Origin: Malacoraja senta
Lineage: Eukaryota
Assembly: GCA_038087875.1 (NCBI GenBank)
Contig: JAXLNO010002694.1
Coordinates: 186,001 to 250,000, forward strand
Length of the DNA stretch: 64,000 nt
Direction of reading: 5' to 3'
Below are positions 60,801-64,000 of this stretch, one piece after another. The first letter of the stretch is position 1. Each line of letters starts with the position of its first letter. The translations under genes and the position numbers were made by a program. Below the pieces are notes generated by a model. It saw only the letters and a list, made by a program, of their open reading frames with translations, did not search any database and was not told the DNA's origin.

Positions 60801-62840
60801 AGGCAAAGGTGGGTGAAGTGTCTTGCCCAAGGACACAACGACAGTATGCACTCCAAGCGGGATTCGAACCGGCTACCTTCCAGTTGCCAGCCGAACACTT
60901 AGCCCATTGCGCCATCTGTCGTCAACAATAGACAATAGGTGCAGGAGTAGGCCATTCGCCCCATCGAGCCAGCACCGCCATTCACTGTGATCGTGGCTGA
61001 TCATGATAGGAAAGGTTTAGAGGCATATAGGCCAAATGCGGGCAGGTGGGACTAACTTAGATGGGACATCTGAGTTGACATGGACCAGTTGGACTGAAGG
61101 ACCTGTTTCTGTGCTGTTTGACTCTTTGACTCTAAAGGAAGCATTTTAAGAAATGGGTTAGGGTTAGAGTTAAGAATGGTCTTGACCCAAAATGTCACCC
61201 ATTCTCTCCAGAAATGTTACCTGTCCCGCTGAGTTACTCCAGCTTTTTGTGTCTCTTTTGAAGAAATGACCAGCCATGCTACCATGTTAAATTAAATTGG
61301 TAATTAGGCCCAGACAGGATCATGGATAAAATGAACCATCCGTGCCCCGGGAGATGTGATGAAACTGTTAGTATGTTGCATCCCAGTGTGAATAGAGTCC
61401 TCCCCCCAGTGCATGCAGAGCACTGCTTGCCCAGTTCATCCCACTGACAGCGTCTAGGTCTCACACTGACACACTGACTGAACACTTAATCTCTGTCAGT
61501 CAGTGCACCATAACCTCTGACCAACCTCTCGAAAATGCACAGCCCACTAACAGTGCAGCAATCCCTCGATCCCGATCTGACCATGTTACGCTCCCACATC
61601 AGACACTGGGCAGTGTAAAGCTCCCTCAATACTCAGCCACAACACAACACAAGGTCATAACCTGCCCGAACCACCCACTCTAGCCCCTTAGATAGACACA
61701 AAATGCTGGAATAACTCAGCGGGACAGGCAGCATCTCTGGAGAGAAGGAATGGGTGACATTTTGAGTCAAGATCCATCTTCACACCCGAAACATCACCCA
61801 TTCAGAGATGCTGCCTGTCCCGCTGAGTTACTCCAGCATTTTGTGTCTATCTTCGGTTTAAACCAGCAACTGCAGTTCCTCCCTACACTCTAGTCTAGCC
61901 CCTTCTTCCTCATCCCTCATACTCTGAATTGAATTGAAAGCTAGTTATTCGGCCCATCGAGTTGATACTGTCCATTGATCATCCGTTTACAGTAGTTCTA
62001 TGTTATCCCACTTTCTCAACCACTTAACCAATTAACCTACAAACCCGCACGTCTTTGGTGTCTAAAAAACAAAGATAAGAGAATGGACAGGCAATGTTTC
62101 GGATTGGGACCCTTCTTAGAATCATACTGCACAGAAACAGACCATTCGACCAAACTCGTCCATGCCATGACGACCAAGATGAGCCATCTAAGCTATTCCC
62201 ATTTGCCCGCATTTGATCCATATCCCTCTCAACCTATCCTACCCTCGCATCTGTCCATATCTCTTTTAAATGCTGTTACTGATTCTGCCTCACCTACCTC
62301 CGCAGTCTGAAGAAGGGTCTCGACCCAAAACGTCACCCGTTCCTTCTCTCCAGCGATGCTGCCTGTCCCGCTGAGTTACTCCAGCATTTTGCGTCCACAG
62401 TTTAAACCGGCATCTGCAGTTTCTTCCTACATACTTCCTCTGGCAACTCATTCCGTGCACCCACCACCATCTGAGTGAAAATGTTGCCCCTCAGGTTCCT
62501 ATTAAATCTTTCCCCTCTCACCTTATGACTTCTGGTTCCCGATTTCTACCTCCGCAGTCTGCCTCATCTACCTCCGCAGTCTGAAGAAGGGTTTCGGCCC
62601 GAAACGTTGCTTATTTCCTTCGCTCCATAGATGCTGCTGCACCCGCTGAGTTTCTCCAGCATTTTTGTGTCCCTCCACGGCTGCTGCCCGACCCGCTGAG
62701 TTTCTCCTGTTACTTTCTCGAAGTAACAGGAGAAACATTCGCTGCCACACAACCACTGTCTTACCTGCGTGGTCTCCCGATACAGAGCACAGAGACAAGA
62801 CGGCGATCAGGAGTGATACAGGTACATTGTAACTTTCCAT
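36758..62840 (-). CDS. Divergent (non-classical) MHC class I-like heavy chain, 5 coding exons, 320 aa: join(62840-62765, 56327-56079, 54191-53922, 51416-51135, 36843-36758)
   Basis: The exons join into one open frame with phase-1 GT-AG introns. Kozak GCCGCCAAGATGG, signal peptide, alpha1 SHSLIYF/YYD/RQQW/EYW, alpha2 GC...CIPDL, alpha3 IgC1 [27 protein letters not shown]. Exon 5 is less certain than exons 1-4. Confidence 0.85.
38096..38362 (-). mobile_element. HE1-type SINE
   Basis: Reverse complement of the HE1-like consensus seen at 56411. Confidence 0.75.
40687..41910 (+). pseudogene. DIRS gag-like ORF1 (broken)
   Basis: [35 protein letters not shown] motif, placed between the ITR and RT. 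Confidence 0.6.
41936..43650 (+). pseudogene. DIRS RT-RNase H (stops, frameshifts and a LINE insertion)
   Basis: [40 protein letters not shown] and [15 protein letters not shown] motifs. Confidence 0.9.
42895..43176 (+). mobile_element. 282-bp 3' end of an I/Nimb-like LINE inserted in the DIRS RT
   Basis: 14-bp TSD AATGCTGTTTCTGA (42881-42894, 43177-43190), [10 protein letters not shown] knuckle remnant and (GAA)n tail. Confidence 0.7.
43644..44054 (+). pseudogene. DIRS adenine-methyltransferase-like domain
   Basis: [25 protein letters not shown] and [13 protein letters not shown] motifs. Confidence 0.8.
44040..44990 (+). pseudogene. DIRS tyrosine recombinase (broken)
   Basis: [26 protein letters not shown] catalytic motifs spread over several frames. 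Confidence 0.8.
46811..46821. promoter_or_regulatory. Consensus NF-kB site in a unique intronic island
   Basis: GGGATTTCCCC matches GGGRNWYYCC. Two GGAAAGT half-sites at 46635 and 46659. Motif match only. Confidence 0.25.
46988..47284 (+). mobile_element. HE1-type SINE
   Basis: GGTGGCGC..GGTAGAG head, GGTTCGATCC B-box and CTCTAAAC tail. Confidence 0.8.
47712..49245 (-). mobile_element. 5'-truncated Rex/Babar LINE with an uninterrupted RT ORF (47874-49190, 438 aa)
   Basis: [47 protein letters not shown] motifs and a (CAATA)n tail. Confidence 0.9.
49262..49745 (-). mobile_element. Rex/Babar-type LINE 3' fragment (second subfamily)
   Basis: [18 protein letters not shown] and HPLH...[12 protein letters not shown] motifs. 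Confidence 0.7.
49950..51090 (-). mobile_element. CR1 3' fragments, interrupted by a Vingi-like element
   Basis: [14 protein letters not shown] and [11 protein letters not shown] motifs. Confidence 0.75.
50537..51051 (+). mobile_element. Internally deleted non-autonomous Vingi/Ingi-like LINE
   Basis: 9-bp TSD ACCACCCTC. The 5' part [12 protein letters not shown] (APE start) is joined to the C-terminal [13 protein letters not shown]. The stop codon overlaps the (TAAA)n tail. Confidence 0.6.
51135..51416 (-). CDS. Class I-like exon 4 (alpha3, IgC1 domain, 282 nt)
   Basis: ttcttccccag acceptor, G|gtaagt donor, C-x-W-x-C Ig core, FYP and LPNHDDTY motifs. Confidence 0.92.
51427..52130 (+). mobile_element. 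Rex/Babar LINE 3' fragment
   Basis: PLSING..VE.V..FKFLG..ITNDLS and [13 protein letters not shown] motifs. Confidence 0.8.
52225..52540 (+). mobile_element. CR1 3' fragment
   Basis: [10 protein letters not shown] and [12 protein letters not shown] motifs. Confidence 0.8.
52990..53880. repeat. Degenerate short tandem repeats (CCAGATCAG.AGCTCCCTCACC-like), interrupted by SINE/pLTR inserts
   Basis: The motif recurs at about 53040-53285 and 53695-53875. Confidence 0.5.
53320..53545. repeat. Foldback pLTR-derived insertion with 10-bp TSD
   Basis: Arms about 53360-53433 and 53470-53544. TSD AGTGATAGAT (53310-53319, 53546-53555). Confidence 0.8.
53922..54191 (-). CDS. Class I-like exon 3 (alpha2, 270 nt)
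   Basis: tgcttctttacag acceptor, G|gtaggt donor, YFQGLWGC...[18 protein letters not shown]. Confidence 0.85.
54842..55301 (-). mobile_element. Unclassified SINE-like / non-autonomous retroelement
   Basis: CpG-rich body beginning GATGGCAGCC and ending AATAAATTAATTACAATT. Family not identified. Confidence 0.4.
55325..55790. repeat. Minisatellite, about 10 copies of a ~46-bp unit
   Basis: GCAGGGGAT.(AC)AGTGAGA(GA)TGGT.TACTGTG(G/C)ATCAGT units start at 55331, 55377, 55423, 55470 and onward. Confidence 0.85.
56079..56327 (-). CDS. Class I-like exon 2 (alpha1, 249 nt)
   Basis: CTAAC branch point, pyrimidine tract and cag acceptor, G|gtaggt donor. [26 protein letters not shown]. Confidence 0.9.
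56411..56709 (+). mobile_element. HE1-type tRNA-derived SINE, full length
   Basis: GGCGGCACGGTGG head and GGGCCTGTTTC..CTGTATCTCTAAACTAAAC tail. Confidence 0.85.
57389..57625. repeat. Foldback pLTR insertion with two inverted hammerhead-like cores and a 16-bp TSD
   Basis: 90-bp arms 57392-57481 and 57499-57588 (2 mismatches) with a 17-nt spacer. TSD AACATATGACCTCAGG. Confidence 0.9.
59445..59962 (-). mobile_element. CR1/HER1 3' fragment
   Basis: [36 protein letters not shown] motifs. Confidence 0.9.
60177..60460 (-). mobile_element. HE1-type SINE
   Basis: Reverse complement of the 56411 family. Confidence 0.8.
60571..60923 (-). mobile_element. tRNA-derived SINE (second family), near-identical to 35847-36173
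   Basis: 8 substitutions and one 10-bp indel between the copies, by manual alignment. Confidence 0.85.
62581..62612 (+). ncRNA. Minimal hammerhead-like motif in a pLTR fragment
   Basis: CTGAAGA-AGGGTTTCGGCCC-GAAACGTT. Confidence 0.5.
62765..62840 (-). CDS. Class I-like exon 1 (signal peptide [25 protein letters not shown], 76 nt)
   Basis: GCCGCCAAGATGG Kozak context, hydrophobic core, G|gtaaga donor, phase 1. Confidence 0.85.
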
Positions 62841-63260
62841 CTTGGCGGCTCCTCACACCGACTGAACCGTCTCTGCTGTTCCGTGAAGTACTGAGGGCGG
62901 AATTAAGATTGACTGGGTGGGTAATGAGCAGAGTTCTCAACAGGAAGCAGCCAGCAGGAGAAAGTCGGACCTAGAACCAAATTCTTCTGCAGTGCTCGCC
63001 ACCCCCCGCTCGGGGAGTGTAGTAGTGGGAGGGTGAGTAGAGGAAACGCAAACACGTCTGCCGTTCACGCTGTGTGCAGCTGACGCGGAGCCCAAACGCT
63101 TCCAGCGAGAGAGAGTGCGGGTCGATCAGGTCAGATTGCATCAATGTGCGGCGAGCGGGTGGCAGGGCGGCGCCGGCCAGACTTCCAGGATCCTCCCAGT
63201 GACCCCGCGGACAGTCTCTATCCGCTCGACACCTGGTCCCAGCTTCCCCCACCCCTCACT
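62841..63260 (-). promoter_or_regulatory. CpG-rich putative promoter and 5' UTR of the class I-like gene
   Basis: High CpG/GC density immediately upstream of the ATG and GC boxes (GGGCGG). No clear canonical S-X-Y module. Confidence 0.5.
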
Positions 63261-63289
63261 CGTGTACACCTGAGAAATCATTCTGCCCA

Positions 63290-63990
63290 TGCATCGTACG
63301 CCCTACACCTCACCCCTTCAATCCCACTCCCCTCCCATTCTATCCCACTCCCCTTTACCCAACTGCCCACACCCCACTCCCCTGCCCCACATTCGTACAG
63401 CACGAACCCCTCCATCCCACTCCCCGCCATCCCCACCATCCCATTCCCCTCAATCCCACTCCCCTCCATCCCACTCCCCTCCATCCCAATCCCCTCCATC
63501 CCACTCCCCTCAATCCCGTCCATCCCAATCCCCTCCATCCCAATCCCCACCATCCCACTCCCCTCAATCCCCTCCATCCCACTCCCCTCAATCCCCTCCA
63601 TCCCAATCCCCTCCATCCCCTCCATCCCAATCCCCTCCATCCCAATCCCCTCCATCCCATTCCCCTCAATCCCACTCCCCTCCATCCCAATCCCCACCAT
63701 ACCACCCCTCAATCCCCTCCATCCCAATCCCCTCCATCCCACTCCCCTCCATTCCCTCCATCCCAATCCCCTCCATCCGCTCAATCCCCTCCATCCCAAT
63801 CCTCTCCATCCCACTCCCCTCAATCCCCTCCATCCCAATCCCCACCATCCCACACCCCTCAATCCCCTCCATCCCAATCCCCTCCATCCCACTCCCCTCA
63901 ATCCCCTCCATCCCACTCCGCTCCATCCCACTCCCCTCCATCCCAATCCCCTCAATCCCCTCCACCCTAATCCCCACTATCCCACTCCCT
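63290..63990 (-). repeat. G-rich ~15-bp minisatellite (GGGATGGAGGGGA(T/G)T), running almost to the window end
   Basis: Plus strand CCATCCCA(A/C)TCCCCT repeats over about 700 bp. Confidence 0.95.
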
Positions 63991-64000
63991 CTGTACTCTG

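Noticed and set aside
63278-63977. Repetitive ORFs (GWRGL / GMEGI repeats)
   Set aside because: Translation of a 15-bp minisatellite. No splice or domain support.

Overview
Vertebrate genomic DNA from a cartilaginous fish, most likely a skate/batoid. This is inferred from the repeat families (HE1-type SINEs, HER1/CR1 LINEs, Penelope pLTR repeats), not from a database search. The window has two halves. (1) About 1-27.6 kb has no recognisable host gene. It is a dense, partly nested stack of transposon remnants (hAT x2, Ty3/gypsy x2, CR1, Penelope, R2, Rex/Babar, Crack-like, Tx1). All 14 independent protein-coding remnants lie on the minus strand, the pattern expected of a uni-strand piRNA cluster or of an intron of a plus-strand transcript. 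One gypsy copy appears to preserve an aberrant second-strand-transfer event: a perfect 18-nt tRNA-Trp copy, an inverted R-U5-gag-PR segment and no RT. (2) About 36.7-63.3 kb holds one host gene on the minus strand, a highly divergent five-exon MHC class I-like gene (leader, alpha1, alpha2, alpha3, hydrophobic tail; 320 aa; all introns phase-1 GT-AG). It has lost most peptide-anchoring residues and carries an extra Cys pair in alpha2. It ends directly after a hydrophobic segment, which predicts a GPI anchor; exon 5 is the least certain part of the model. Its introns contain a DIRS1-type element with complete termini, LINE fragments, foldback Penelope/hammerhead-like repeats and minisatellites. 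No rRNA, tRNA genes or CRISPR arrays were found.
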